A stretch of DNA of 64,000 nucleotides from Streptococcus mitis (GCA_001914195.1 MKYF01000001.1:46595-110594), one strand, 5' to 3'; positions 19,799-30,375 are shown, counted from the stretch's first letter. Notes: generated by a model not told the origin, from the letters alone. A program made the numbers and translations.

Positions 19799-20467
19799 AT
19801 GATGTCAGATCGTACGATTGGAATTTTAGGCTTGGGGATTTTTGGGAGTAGTGTCCTGACAGCCCTAGCCAAGCAAGATATGAATATCATTGCCATTGAT
19901 GACCACGCCGAGCGCATCAATCAATTTGAGCCAGTTTTGGCGCGTGGAGTTGTGGGCGATATTACAGATGAGGAACTCCTCAGAACCGCAGGAATTGATA
20001 CCTGTGATACGGTTGTAGTGGCAACAGGGGAAAATCTAGAGTCGAGTGTGCTTGCAGTTATGCACTGTAAGAGTCTAGGTGTACCAAGGGTTATTGCCAA
20101 GGTCAAAAGCCAGACAGCCAAGAAGGTACTAGAAAAAATCGGTGCTGACTCGGTGATTTCACCTGAGTATGAAATGGGGCAGTCTCTAGCGCAGACCATT
20201 CTCTTTCATAACAATGTTGATGTCTTTCAGCTGGATAAAAATGTGTCTATTGTGGAGATGAAGATTCCTAGTGTCTGGGCTGGTCAAAGCCTGAGTCAGC
20301 TAGATTTACGTGGCAAATATAACCTCAATGTCCTAGGATTTCGTGAACAAGAAAATTCACCCTTGGATGTCCAGTTTGGCCCTAATGATCTCTTGAGGTC
20401 AGATGCCTATATCTTGGCGGTCATTAACAACCAGTATCTAGATGACTTGGCAGAATTAAATTCGTAA
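19799..20467 (+). CDS. TrkA/KtrA-family K+ uptake regulatory subunit (RCK N- and C-domains)
   Basis: The ATG is at 19799 (MMSDRTIGILGLGIFG, a Rossmann GxGxxG). The ORF track start 19781 is TTG. Confidence 0.85.
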   Translation: MMSDRTIGILGLGIFGSSVLTALAKQDMNIIAIDDHAERINQFEPVLARGVVGDITDEELLRTAGIDTCDTVVVATGENLESSVLAVMHCKSLGVPRVIAKVKSQTAKKVLEKIGADSVISPEYEMGQSLAQTILFHNNVDVFQLDKNVSIVEMKIPSVWAGQSLSQLDLRGKYNLNVLGFREQENSPLDVQFGPNDLLRSDAYILAVINNQYLDDLAELNS

Positions 20468-20493
20468 GGAGGGGAATCCCCTCTTTTTTGATG
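20468..20493 (+). terminator. Rho-independent terminator after ktrA
   Basis: The stem-loop gagggg-aat-cccctc is followed by T6. Confidence 0.55.
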
Positions 20494-20594
20494 TTCAAAA
20501 TAGCAAATAGAGATAGCAACCCTTGTATTCTAGTAAAAGTCCTTCAAAAATTGGACTTTATGGTAGAATAGAAAGAAGTGACAAGAGAGAGTAA

Positions 20595-20745
20595 TACTCT
20601 TCGAAAATCTCTTTAAACTACGTCAACGTCGCCTTGCCGTAGGTATAGGTAACTGACTTCGTCAGTATTATCTACAACCTCAAAGCAGTTCTTTGAGCAA
20701 CCTGCGGCTAGTTTCCTAGTTTGCTCTTTGATTTTCATTGAGTAT
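20595..20745 (+). repeat. BOX element (boxA-boxB-boxC)
   Basis: tactcttcgaaaatctctttaaac ... cctcaaagcagttctttgagc ... tttgattttcattgagtat. Confidence 0.85.
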
Positions 20746-20777
20746 AAGAAAAAATCAGTCCCCTAAAGGAGTAGATT

Positions 20778-21794
20778 ATGAAGTTATTGTCTATCGCCAT
20801 TCCTAGCTATAATGCTGCAGCCTATCTTCATTACTGTGTGGAGTCGCTAGTGATTGGTGGTGAGCAAGTTGAGATTTTGATTATCAATGATGGGTCTCGG
20901 GACCAAACTCAGGAAATCGCTGAGCGTTTAGCCAGCAAGTATCCTAACATCGTTAGAGCCATCTATCAGGAAAACAAAGGCCATGGCGGTGCGGTCAATC
21001 GCGGCTTAGCGGAGGCTTCTGGGCTCTATTTTAAAGTGGTTGATAGTGATGACTGGGTGGATCCTCGTGCTTATCTGAAAATTTTGGAGACCTTGCAGGA
21101 ACTTGAGAGCAAGGGTCAAGAGGTTGACGCCTTTGTGACTAATTTTGTCTATGAAAAGGAAGGCCAGTCTCGTAAGAAGAGTATGAGTTACGAGTCCGTC
21201 TTGCCTGTCCAGCAGATTTTTGGCTGGGACCAGGTCGGAAATTTCTCCAAAGGCCAGTATATCATGATGCATTCGCTGATTTACCGGACAGATTTGTTGC
21301 GAGCGAGCCAGTTCCAATTGCCTGAGCATACTTTTTATGTCGATAATCTCTTTGTCTTTACCCCCCTTCAGCAGGTCAAGACCATGTACTATCTGCCTGT
21401 CGATTTCTATCGTTATTTGATTGGGCGTGAGGACCAGTCTGTCAATGAGCAAGTGATGATTAAGCGCATTGACCAGCAACTCAAGGTTAATCGTCTTTTA
21501 GTAGACCAGCTTGATTTGTCCCAAGTTAGTCATCCCAAAATGAAAGAATACTTGCTGAATCATATTGAAATCACGACGGTGATTTCCAGTGCCTTGCTCA
21601 ACCGAGCAGGCACAGCAGAGCATCTTGCCAAAAAACGGGAGCTGTGGACCTATATTCAGCAGGAAAATCCAGAGGTTTTTCAGGCTATCCGCAAGACCAT
21701 GTTGAGCCGTTTGACCAAACATTCAGTCCTGCCAGCTCGCAAACTTTCCAATGTTGTCTATCAAATCACCAAGTCTGTTTATGGATTTAATTAA
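20778..21794 (+). CDS. Family 2 glycosyltransferase
   Basis: 338 aa. The N-terminal GT-A fold has LSIAIPSYNAAAYL ... INDGSRD ... VVDSDDW (a DxD motif). Confidence 0.75.
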   Translation: MKLLSIAIPSYNAAAYLHYCVESLVIGGEQVEILIINDGSRDQTQEIAERLASKYPNIVRAIYQENKGHGGAVNRGLAEASGLYFKVVDSDDWVDPRAYLKILETLQELESKGQEVDAFVTNFVYEKEGQSRKKSMSYESVLPVQQIFGWDQVGNFSKGQYIMMHSLIYRTDLLRASQFQLPEHTFYVDNLFVFTPLQQVKTMYYLPVDFYRYLIGREDQSVNEQVMIKRIDQQLKVNRLLVDQLDLSQVSHPKMKEYLLNHIEITTVISSALLNRAGTAEHLAKKRELWTYIQQENPEVFQAIRKTMLSRLTKHSVLPARKLSNVVYQITKSVYGFN

Positions 21795-21909
21795 TATAAG
21801 TATTTTATAAGAGGGATTTAAGAAAAATTTTAACTTTTTCTTAATCCTTTTTAATTTTAGGAGATTATACTAGAGTCATCAAATAAAGAAAAACTCTAAG
21901 GAGAATCCT

Positions 21910-24504
21910 ATGAAATTCAATCCAAATCAAAGATATACTCGTTGGTCTATTCGCCGTCTTAGTGTCGGTGTTGCCTCAGTTGTTGTAACCAGTGGTTTCT
22001 TTGTCCTAGTTGGTCAACCAAGTTCTGTACGTGCCGATGTGGTCAATCCGACCCCTGCTCAAGTTGTGCCAGATGCTACTTCGGTGAGTGAAAAGAGCGA
22101 CTTACCAGCAGAACTTCTCAAGAAAGCAGTCGATACAGCTCTTCCTTCAGAACAAGTAGACTCAACACCTAAAGCAAGCTTGGATACTACAAACTCTCCA
22201 GAAAAAGCAGCTACGGGTGCTAAAGACCAAGTGGTAGCGCCAAAAGAAGAAGTGCAAGCAAAACCAGAATCTAAGAAAGAAACAGAGGATGCGGTTAAAC
22301 CTGCGACAAATCCTGCGCCTACAGTTTCTGGACAAGACCGTGAAGCAAATGAAGCGCAACCAGCAACCACTCCAGCTGAAGTGCAAAAAGGTGTGGCCGA
22401 CAACACTAAAGACACAGTAGATGTCCCAGCTACATACTTGGATAAAGCCAACTTCCCAGGTCCATTCACAGCTGGCGTCAACCAAGTTATTCCATATGAA
22501 TTCTTCGCCGGTGACGGTATGTTGACTCGCCTTATCTTGAAAGCTTCTGACAAGGCTCCATGGTCAGACAACGGCTCAGCTAAAAATCCAGCTCTTCCAC
22601 CAGTAGAAAAATTGGGCAAAGGTCTCTACTTCTACGAAGTGGACTTGGCCGGCACCCAAGGTAAATCAGATAAAGAGCTTCTTGACCTCTTGAAACAAAA
22701 TGGCACTCAAAGTTATAAAGCTACCATCAAAGTTTACGGTGCGAAAGACGGCAAGGTAGACTTGAGCAACCTCGTAGCGACTAAGGATTTGGATGTCAAT
22801 TTGAATGGCTTAACCACTCCAGCTGAAGTGCAAAAAGGCGTGGCTGACAATACCAAAGACACAGTGGATGTTCTGGCTAGCTACCTTGATAAAGCCAACT
22901 TCCCAGGCCCATTCACAGCAGGTGTCAACCAAGTCATTCCGTATGAATTCTTCGCTGGAGATGGTATGTTGACTCGTCTGATTTTGAAAGCCTCAGACAA
23001 GGCTCCATGGTCAGACAATGGTTCAGCTAAAAATCCCGCCCTTCCACCAGTGGAAAAATTGGGCAAAGGCCTCTACTTCTACGAAGTAGACTTGGCCGGC
23101 ACTCAAGGAAAATCAGATAAAGAGCTTCTAGACCTTTTGAAACAAAATGGCACTCAAAGTTACAAGGCAACTATCAAGGTGTACGGTGCCAAAGATGGCA
23201 AGGCTGATTTGAGCAATCTCGTAGCGACTAAGGATTTGGATGTCAATTTGAATGGCTTGACTACTCCAGCTGAAGTGCAAAAAGGCGTAGCCGACAATAC
23301 TAAAGACACAGTGGATGTTTCAGCTACATACTTGGATAAAGCCAACTTCCCAGGTCCATTCACAGCCGGTGTCAACCAAGTCATCCCATATGAATTCTTC
23401 GCTGGTGACGGTATGTTGACTCGCCTTATCTTGAAAGCTTCTGACAAGGCTCCATGGTCAGATAACGGTTCGGCTAAAAATCCTGCTCTTCCACCAGTAG
23501 AGAAATTGGGCAAAGGCCTCTACTTCTATGAAGTGGACTTGGCAGGTACCCAAGGTAAATCTGATAAAGAGCTTCTAGACCTCTTGAAACAAAACGGCAC
23601 TCAAAGCTACAAGGCAACTATCAAGGTGTACGGTGCCAAAGATGGCAAGGCCGATTTGAGCAATCTCGTAGCGACTAAAAATTTGGATGTCAATTTGAAT
23701 GGCTTGACCACTCCAGCTGAAGTACAAAAAGGCGTAGCTGACAACACCAAAGATACAGTAGACGTCCCAGCTACTTACTTGGATAAAGCCAACTTCCCAG
23801 GTCCATTCACAGCCGGTGTCAACCAAGTCATTCCTTACGAATTCTTCGCCGGTGATGGTATGTTAACTCGCCTTATCTTGAAGGCCTCAGACAAGGCACC
23901 ATGGTCAGACAACGGTTCAGCCAAAAATCCAGCTCTCCCACCAGTAGAGAAATTGGGCAAAGGTCTCTACTTCTACGAAGTAGATTTGGCAGGTACTCAA
24001 GGAAAATCTGATAAAGAGTTACTTGACCTCTTAAAACAAAACGGCACTCAAAGCTATAAAGCTACTATCAAAGTGTACGGTGCTAAAGACGGCAAGGCCG
24101 ATTTGAGCAATCTCGTAGCGACAAAAGAATTGACAGTGAACTTGAATGGGTATAAGTCCCTCAATGAGATGAAATCTAAAATGCCGGCTGCTAGTCAGGA
24201 TAAGATGATGCCTAACAAAGAGCAGGACAAAACTATGAATACTAGCCAGCCAATGGCAACTCCAAGTATGAAGCAAGACCAAGTCGCAGCAACCTCAAGT
24301 AAAATGCCTGATGAAGGTAAGATGGCATCTACTAACAAGATGTCAAGTCCAATGATGGCTGATCAAATGAAAGATCAAAAAGACATGCTTCCATATACTG
24401 GTGAAGCCCAAACTTCAATGGCTACTATTGGTTTCTTTGGATTAGCCTTGGCCGGTCTGCTAGGTGGGCTCGGTTTGAAAGCTAAAAAAGATGAAAATGA
24501 CTAG
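21910..24504 (+). CDS. LPXTG cell-wall-anchored surface protein with YSIRK-type signal peptide and four SSURE-like ~149-aa tandem repeats
   Basis: 864 aa. The signal is ...RWSIRRLSVGVASV... (a YSIRK-G/S variant). There are four repeats (TTPAEVQKGVADNTKDTVDV...). The C-terminal sorting signal is LPYTGE plus a hydrophobic stretch plus KAKKDEND. It sits next to TCS08 and rpsD, as for the pneumococcal SSURE protein (fibronectin/plasminogen-binding, SP_0082-like). Confidence 0.8.
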   Translation: MKFNPNQRYTRWSIRRLSVGVASVVVTSGFFVLVGQPSSVRADVVNPTPAQVVPDATSVSEKSDLPAELLKKAVDTALPSEQVDSTPKASLDTTNSPEKAATGAKDQVVAPKEEVQAKPESKKETEDAVKPATNPAPTVSGQDREANEAQPATTPAEVQKGVADNTKDTVDVPATYLDKANFPGPFTAGVNQVIPYEFFAGDGMLTRLILKASDKAPWSDNGSAKNPALPPVEKLGKGLYFYEVDLAGTQGKSDKELLDLLKQNGTQSYKATIKVYGAKDGKVDLSNLVATKDLDVNLNGLTTPAEVQKGVADNTKDTVDVLASYLDKANFPGPFTAGVNQVIPYEFFAGDGMLTRLILKASDKAPWSDNGSAKNPALPPVEKLGKGLYFYEVDLAGTQGKSDKELLDLLKQNGTQSYKATIKVYGAKDGKADLSNLVATKDLDVNLNGLTTPAEVQKGVADNTKDTVDVSATYLDKANFPGPFTAGVNQVIPYEFFAGDGMLTRLILKASDKAPWSDNGSAKNPALPPVEKLGKGLYFYEVDLAGTQGKSDKELLDLLKQNGTQSYKATIKVYGAKDGKADLSNLVATKNLDVNLNGLTTPAEVQKGVADNTKDTVDVPATYLDKANFPGPFTAGVNQVIPYEFFAGDGMLTRLILKASDKAPWSDNGSAKNPALPPVEKLGKGLYFYEVDLAGTQGKSDKELLDLLKQNGTQSYKATIKVYGAKDGKADLSNLVATKELTVNLNGYKSLNEMKSKMPAASQDKMMPNKEQDKTMNTSQPMATPSMKQDQVAATSSKMPDEGKMASTNKMSSPMMADQMKDQKDMLPYTGEAQTSMATIGFFGLALAGLLGGLGLKAKKDEND
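22364..24151 (+). repeat. Four near-identical tandem repeats of 447 bp inside the SSURE surface-protein gene
   Basis: The repeat starts (actccagctgaagtgcaaaaagg) are at about 22364, 22811, 23258 and 23705. The antisense ORFs repeated at the same period confirm the periodicity. Confidence 0.85.
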
Positions 24505-24628
24505 TCTAGCTACAGACTTTCTATCTAGGATTTGAAAAATCCAGATATCGTTTAGAATGTTCGTAAAGTGATTAAAATAGTGTTATACTTGAATCGGTAT
24601 AGCACTGTTTTTATCAAAGGAGAGATAG

Positions 24629-25324
24629 ATGGGAAAGACAATTTTGCTCGTCGATGACGAGGTAGAAATCACAGATATTCATCAACGTTATCTAGTTCAG
24701 GCAGGTTATCAGGTCTTGGTGGCCCATGATGGAGTAGAGGCCTTAGAAATCTTCAAGCGAAAACCGATTGATTTGATTATTACAGATATCATGATGCCTC
24801 GGATGGATGGTTATGATTTGATTAGTGAGGTTCAATACTTATCACCAGAGCAGCCTTTCCTATTTATTACTGCTAAGACCAGTGAACAGGATAAAATTTA
24901 CGGCCTAAGTTTGGGGGCGGATGACTTTATTGCCAAGCCCTTTAGCCCTCGTGAGCTGGTTTTGCGCGTCCACAATATCTTGCGGCGCCTTCATCGTGGA
25001 GGTGAGACAGAAGTCGTCGGTCTCGGAGATTTACGGATGAATCACGCTAGTCATGAGGTTCAAGTCGGAGATGTGGCGCTTGATTTGACAGTTAAATCCT
25101 TCGAACTTCTATGGCTTCTAGCCAGCAATCCAGAGCGAGTTTTTTCTAAGACAGACCTCTATGAAAAGGTTTGGCAAGAAGACTATGTGGATGATACCAA
25201 TACCTTGAATGTTCATATTCATGCTCTTCGACAGGAGTTGGCTAAACATGCCAGTGCAGAAACGCCTACCATCAAAACTGTCTGGGGCTTGGGCTACAAA
25301 ATTGAGAAAGCACGAGGTAGTTAA
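24629..25324 (+). CDS. OmpR-family response regulator (TCS08-like)
   Basis: 231 aa. It has a receiver domain (LLVDDEVEITD ... DLIITDIMMPRMDG) and a winged-helix output domain. Confidence 0.85.
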   Translation: MGKTILLVDDEVEITDIHQRYLVQAGYQVLVAHDGVEALEIFKRKPIDLIITDIMMPRMDGYDLISEVQYLSPEQPFLFITAKTSEQDKIYGLSLGADDFIAKPFSPRELVLRVHNILRRLHRGGETEVVGLGDLRMNHASHEVQVGDVALDLTVKSFELLWLLASNPERVFSKTDLYEKVWQEDYVDDTNTLNVHIHALRQELAKHASAETPTIKTVWGLGYKIEKARGS

Positions 25325-26424
25325 TGAAATTAAAAAGTTATATTTTAGTGGGGTATATCATTTCAACACTCCTAACGATTATCGTGGTTTTTTGGGCCAT
25401 CCAGCGCATGTTAATTGAAGAAAGAGAGGTTTATTTCCTAGTGGGGATGACTCTCATGGCTAGTTTTATCGGTGCTGGGATTAGTCTCTTTCTCCTTTCG
25501 CCAGTCTTTACTTCATTGAGCAAACTTAAGGAACATGCCAAGCGGGTAGCAGACAAGGATTTTCCATCAAATCTGGAGGTTCAAGGACCTGTAGAATTTC
25601 AGCAATTAGGCCAAGCCTTCAATGAAATGTCCCATGATTTGCAGGCGACCTTTGATTCACTAGAAGAAAGCGAACGAGAAAAGGGCTTGATGATTGCCCA
25701 GTTGTCGCATGATATCAAGACCCCCATTACTTTGATCCAAGCGACGGTAGAAGGAATTTTGGATGGGGTTATCAAGGAAGGAGAACAGGACCATTATCTA
25801 GCAACCATTGGACGACAGACAGAAAGACTCAATAAATTGGTTGAGGAATTGAATTTTTTGACCCTAAATACAACTAGAAAACAGGTGGAAACTACCAGCA
25901 AAGACAGTATTTTTCTGGATCAGCTCTTGATTGAGTGCATGAGTGAATTTCAGTTCTTGATTGAGCAGGAGGAACGAGACGTCCACTTGCAGGTGATCCC
26001 AGAGTCTGCCCGGATTGAGGGAGATTATGCCAAACTTTCTCGCATCTTGGTGAATCTGGTCAATAACGCTTTTAAATACTCGGCTCCAGGAACCAAGCTG
26101 GAAGTGGTGGCTAAGCTGGAGAAGAACCAGCTTTCAATCAGTGTGATCGATGAGGGGCAGGGAATTGCCCCAGAGGACTTGGAGAATATTTTCAAACGCC
26201 TTTATCGTGTCGAAACTTCGCGTAACATGAAAACAGGTGGTCATGGCTTAGGACTTGCGATTGCGCGTGAATTGGCCCATCAATTGGGTGGGGAAATTAC
26301 AGTCAGCAGCCAGTACGGTCTAGGAAGCACCTTTACCCTCCTTCTCAATCTCTCTGGTCGTGAAAATAAAGCTTACCCCCCCTTTACAAATCCAGCTATT
26401 CATGGTAAAATGGATTTTGTGTGA
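25324..26424 (+). CDS. Sensor histidine kinase (HAMP, HisKA, HATPase_c), partner of the preceding regulator
   Basis: 366 aa. It has an N-terminal TM, the H-box LSHDIKTP, the N-box LVNNAFKYS, and G-boxes DEGQGI and GGHGLGL. Confidence 0.85.
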   Translation: MKLKSYILVGYIISTLLTIIVVFWAIQRMLIEEREVYFLVGMTLMASFIGAGISLFLLSPVFTSLSKLKEHAKRVADKDFPSNLEVQGPVEFQQLGQAFNEMSHDLQATFDSLEESEREKGLMIAQLSHDIKTPITLIQATVEGILDGVIKEGEQDHYLATIGRQTERLNKLVEELNFLTLNTTRKQVETTSKDSIFLDQLLIECMSEFQFLIEQEERDVHLQVIPESARIEGDYAKLSRILVNLVNNAFKYSAPGTKLEVVAKLEKNQLSISVIDEGQGIAPEDLENIFKRLYRVETSRNMKTGGHGLGLAIARELAHQLGGEITVSSQYGLGSTFTLLLNLSGRENKAYPPFTNPAIHGKMDFV

Positions 26425-26570
26425 AATATCAGCAGGAAAGCATGAAGCTCGTCAACAGGTGTCTTATGATAAGTAACCTTGGCTGTTTAGGCGAAGGGCA
26501 TCTGCACGAATCAGGGCTTTCTAAGTGACTATTTCCACCGAAATATTATTTATATCAGGAGGACATACAC

Positions 26571-27182
26571 ATGTCACGTTATACAGGACCATCTTGGAAA
26601 CAAGCTCGTCGCCTTGGCCTTTCACTTACAGGTACAGGTAAAGAATTGGCACGTCGTAACTACGTACCAGGACAACACGGACCAAACAACCGTTCTAAAT
26701 TGTCAGAATACGGTTTGCAATTGGCTGAAAAACAAAAACTTCGTTTCACTTACGGTGTAGGTGAAAAACAATTCCGTAACTTGTTCGTACAAGCTACAAA
26801 AATCAAAGGCGGAATCCTAGGTTTCAACTTCATGCTTCTTTTGGAACGTCGTTTGGATAACGTTGTTTACCGTCTTGGTCTTGCGACTACTCGTCGTCAA
26901 GCTCGTCAATTCGTAAACCACGGTCACATCCTTGTTGACGGAAAACGCGTTGATATCCCATCATACCGCGTAACTCCAGGTCAAGTGATCTCAGTTCGTG
27001 AAAAATCATTGAAAGTTCCAGCTATCCTTGAAGCAGTAGAAGCTACTCTTGGACGTCCAGCATTCGTATCATTCGACGCTGAAAAATTGGAAGGTTCATT
27101 GACTCGCTTGCCAGAACGCGACGAAATCAACCCAGAAATCAACGAAGCCCTTGTCGTTGAATTCTACAACAAAATGCTTTAA
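26571..27182 (+). CDS. rpsD: 30S ribosomal protein S4
   Basis: 203 aa. [31 protein letters not shown]... is canonical uS4. Confidence 0.95.
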   Translation: MSRYTGPSWKQARRLGLSLTGTGKELARRNYVPGQHGPNNRSKLSEYGLQLAEKQKLRFTYGVGEKQFRNLFVQATKIKGGILGFNFMLLLERRLDNVVYRLGLATTRRQARQFVNHGHILVDGKRVDIPSYRVTPGQVISVREKSLKVPAILEAVEATLGRPAFVSFDAEKLEGSLTRLPERDEINPEINEALVVEFYNKML

Positions 27183-27202
27183 TTTTAAGATATATCTTAC
27201 AG

Positions 27203-27230
27203 AAAGCCTACAACAGTGGGCTTTTTTCTT
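27203..27230 (+). terminator. Terminator after rpsD
   Basis: aaagcc-tacaacagtg-ggcttt followed by a T-run. Confidence 0.5.
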
Positions 27231-27277
27231 TGTCTTAAAAGGTTGATTTCTGGGTTTGTCATCATTTTTGTCATCAC

Positions 27278-27790
27278 TTATAACGAACTAACAGCTTTCT
27301 CATAAAATGAGACGGCTGTTTTTGCTTTTTCTTTGGAGAGATGACTGTAAGTGTCCATAGTCATAGCCAGTGTAGAATGACCTAGACGGTGTTGTAATTC
27401 TTTATATGGTATTCCAGAGTTTAGCAAGAGACTAGTGTGTGTCTAAAACCGTGGAATCCAATATTAGGTACACCAGCATGTTTGAAACCGAGTTTTTAGA
27501 CGTGTACTCAAGGTTTTGTTACTTGGGTAATTATGGATAAAGTCAGAGAATACAACTATTTCAGTTCGCCCTAACTTCCAAGCCTCTTGAATTTATCTAA
27601 GCTGGTGGGCTTTCAACATGGCAACAGTCGCTTGATCTATATCGATATCACGATAGCTTGCTTTTGATTTTGGGCTATTGATTTGCTCTAGGTGGTTTAG
27701 TGTCTTTGTAATGCTAATGGTTGCATTCTCTAGGTCAATATCGGACCAGCTAAGGGCTAGAGCTTCATTGATACGATAATCGATTTCTAT
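27278..27790 (-). pseudogene. Degraded tyrosine-recombinase (phage-type integrase) remnant
   Basis: The reverse-strand translation gives integrase catalytic-domain segments (EIDYRINEALALSWSDIDLENATISITKTLNH ... GIPYKELQHRLGHSTLAMTMDTYSHLSKEKAKTAVSFYEKAVSSL*). These are interrupted by stops and frame changes, so there is no intact ORF. Two 10-bp direct repeats, tttgtcatca (27255-27278), sit just downstream of its stop. Confidence 0.6.
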
Positions 27791-27997
27791 ATACCAAAAA
27801 TACCTATCGAGTAACTATAAAGTCAGCGCGAATCAAATACTTTCTCTTCTTTCTTGTGGCAAGTTGAATTAATAAAATAATTATGATATTCTTATTTCTA
27901 TAAGGAAAAAATTAAAATGATTATAAGATAGTTTATTTAGAAAATTATCCAAATTTTATTTCTAATTAATTTAGAAATCATTAACAAGGGGGATATT

Positions 27998-29722
27998 ATG
28001 GCTGAAAGAATAATACATCAAGCTGATCTTCATGAGATCGAGAACAACTTGCGCTCTATCCATGAAGGATTACAAACAATTAATGCTAGAGTTGATGTAG
28101 CAAACGAAAATCTTGAAATCGTGTACGATGAAATCGGTAGTTTAGCACAAGAATTTCATGAATTTGTGAATATCCAACAAAAAGCTAATAGACTAGGACG
28201 AGCTGAAACTCGACTGGTAAAAATCCGTCAAGAAATTGAGAAGAAATACGGACATTATGATATTGTTCGTCGTACTACCACAGGGATTTTACAAGCTGAT
28301 GATTTAGGAATTGTCAAAAAAGAAACAATCAGCACTGCTACAGAAGAACTAATGATATCAACTCCAGGTTACTGGCTTGCTCCATGCTTGGTTGCATTAG
28401 CGGCATGGATAAATGATCAACCCGAGTTAGCTGAAAAAGCAGTCAAGGAAGGGATTAAACGAAACGATGAAAAGACCTCCCTTTTCTTTGCCTTAATTTG
28501 TAGAAGAGCTAACAGAAAGAACGCATGCCTTAAGTGGACTCAACGTTATCTAGCTAATCAAGATGAAGAAAATCTTGACAGAAATTCTATTATTATCTTA
28601 GATGCTTTTGCGAGTGGACTCTTGGGAGCTGATACCGAAGGAGTCATCTCACGTCAAATGAATGAATGGCTCAGTCGACTTGAAGAAAAACCTGGTTTTA
28701 CTGAACGGCAAACAGAACAATGGTCCGAAGCCATTAACTTAAAAAGAAGTGAACTAGATGAAGATTTATACCCTAACCTAAGAAAATATAGTAATAGTTG
28801 GCCTGTCCTAGAGGATATTTTAGAAGGTGCTCATCTTCATGAACAAATGTTAAACTATTTAACTGATATTTTTGAGAGGAAAGGGTCTACAGAAAGCGTC
28901 AAAGAACAATTAGATGATATTCTAGACACACTTGTGACTGATTTTGATAACGAGGAATTAGCTCTTCGAAAACAAGAAAAATTCGAGCAGTTTGTGGTTG
29001 ACTTCGGAGGAGATGACAATCGTGCTCATCAAAACATGAGTATTGAAGTGACTGCGTTTGAAACCCATAAAGATTTCACCCAGTTGCTTACCGATGCAGC
29101 AATGAAACCCGAATCTTCTCACTCAAGTATATCTACCCAAAAATTTGCACTGGCTCTTTCTCGTGATTGGGTAACAAACGCTTATAATGATGTTACTGCA
29201 AAAAATCGTATGAAGATTCCTTACGAAATTGAAATTAATGTAGATACTTTTAACGATAAATCAATAGATGGCCAAAACGAAAGCGAGTTGGTTGAAAAAT
29301 TTAATTCTCAGATTGACTCTGAAAAAGAACAAACTTTGGCAAACTACTTCCCAAGTTTATTTGATAAATTCCTTTTGTATGGTGGTATAGCTATCGGAGT
29401 AATCGGTTTAATGATGATGATTTCTGGCAATGTTTTCTTAGGTTTAATAGCTATTATAGCAGGTATTTTTATGGTTCTTAAGCATAAATCTAATATTGAA
29501 AATATTGAAACAAGTCGCAAGAAAATTGAAGAACAGTACGAGGATAAGAGAGTTAATGGTGAACAAATTATAAGAGCTATTCTGGCTGAAATTGTAGACT
29601 TTAGAATTGAATTTGCAGAGAAAGATGCTGAAAGTACTAAAGTCCTTGATTTCCTCGAACAAATAAGACCTGAACAATATGTAAACAAGTTGGCATCATC
29701 CAATAGAAAGATTAAAATTTGA
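27998..29722 (+). CDS. Hypothetical 574-aa protein: N-terminal coiled-coil/helical-repeat region, C-terminal TM hairpin plus ~80-aa tail (first gene of candidate novel AAA+ system)
   Basis: It has a strong RBS (aaggggg-N6-ATG). Two adjacent hydrophobic helices lie near aa 455-495 (LLYGGIAIGVIGLMMMISGNVFLGLIAIIAGIFMVL). No recognisable catalytic motif was found. It is AT-rich. Confidence 0.55.
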   Translation: MAERIIHQADLHEIENNLRSIHEGLQTINARVDVANENLEIVYDEIGSLAQEFHEFVNIQQKANRLGRAETRLVKIRQEIEKKYGHYDIVRRTTTGILQADDLGIVKKETISTATEELMISTPGYWLAPCLVALAAWINDQPELAEKAVKEGIKRNDEKTSLFFALICRRANRKNACLKWTQRYLANQDEENLDRNSIIILDAFASGLLGADTEGVISRQMNEWLSRLEEKPGFTERQTEQWSEAINLKRSELDEDLYPNLRKYSNSWPVLEDILEGAHLHEQMLNYLTDIFERKGSTESVKEQLDDILDTLVTDFDNEELALRKQEKFEQFVVDFGGDDNRAHQNMSIEVTAFETHKDFTQLLTDAAMKPESSHSSISTQKFALALSRDWVTNAYNDVTAKNRMKIPYEIEINVDTFNDKSIDGQNESELVEKFNSQIDSEKEQTLANYFPSLFDKFLLYGGIAIGVIGLMMMISGNVFLGLIAIIAGIFMVLKHKSNIENIETSRKKIEEQYEDKRVNGEQIIRAILAEIVDFRIEFAEKDAESTKVLDFLEQIRPEQYVNKLASSNRKIKI

Positions 29723-29735
29723 GGAGGTAATTGAC

Positions 29736-29918
29736 ATGGATGAACAATATAAAGGCGATAGTAAGCTATCATCTAATAACACCACTCCATTTAAGAGCAT
29801 TAATACTGAAGAGGATTTTAGTGAAGAACCTATGAGCGTGTTTGCTGAGGGACTCCCTTCATGGGACATCGTGCCTCCACAATTGCTAGTCAGAAGGAAA
29901 CGGCAAAATAATGAATAA
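29736..29918 (+). CDS. Small acidic hypothetical protein (60 aa), second gene of cluster
   Basis: It has a strong RBS (gaggaggt, 8 nt upstream). Its stop overlaps the next start by 8 nt, which suggests translational coupling. Confidence 0.45.
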   Translation: MDEQYKGDSKLSSNNTTPFKSINTEEDFSEEPMSVFAEGLPSWDIVPPQLLVRRKRQNNE

Positions 29919-30375
29919 ACCACAAACATATGCAGAATGGGTAAATGTCTTAACTATTTTTAAAAACAAAGATGATGATGAAACAGTTTTAAAAATGATG
30001 AAATCTGGGACTATCGAATGGCAATACGGTGTGGCGGAACGTTTCTCTACAAAGTTAATTGACGCTGTTAATTACCGTATGAATGTAGCTTCAGATAAGT
30101 TTCAAAAAGATTTACTAAAATCCCAAGGATACGAGGGAGCTATCATTCAATCAATTCTTTCGTTGAGAAAAGAAATGGCGTTCTTAGCTGAAGCAATCAA
30201 TCTTCCTGCAATTCCAGATAAAGAGCGACAACACTACTTAAATCTCGTTATAGAACAAGCTAATAGTATGCAGAAATCTTTAGAAGAATCTGCAAAACAG
30301 GACCGAAGCGGGAAAATGTCAAGTATTATTAGAAATCATAAAATTAATTCTTTTTTAAATAAAGGTGAACAGTAA
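29911..30375 (+). CDS. Hypothetical 154-aa helical protein, third gene of cluster
   Basis: Its start overlaps the upstream gene, and the next gene starts 1 nt after its stop. No known domain was recognised. Confidence 0.5.
   Translation: MNKPQTYAEWVNVLTIFKNKDDDETVLKMMKSGTIEWQYGVAERFSTKLIDAVNYRMNVASDKFQKDLLKSQGYEGAIIQSILSLRKEMAFLAEAINLPAIPDKERQHYLNLVIEQANSMQKSLEESAKQDRSGKMSSIIRNHKINSFLNKGEQ

Noticed and set aside
22059-24282. Series of minus-strand ORFs (22059..22619, 22162..22485, 22881..23066, 23160..23513, 23575..23826, 24031..24282) antisense to the SSURE gene
   Set aside because: They recur with the 447-bp repeat period and have near-identical sequences. They are antisense artefacts of the tandem repeats, not genes.
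26425-26570. rpsD 5' leader as an S4 autoregulatory structure
   Set aside because: That is plausible by analogy, but I could not identify a convincing pseudoknot-like structure by eye. I am not reporting it as a feature.
29344-29929. Minus-strand ORFs 29344..29772, 29444..29677 and 29696..29929 inside the novel operon
   Set aside because: They are antisense to well-supported, translationally coupled plus-strand genes. They are AT-rich, low-complexity translations.
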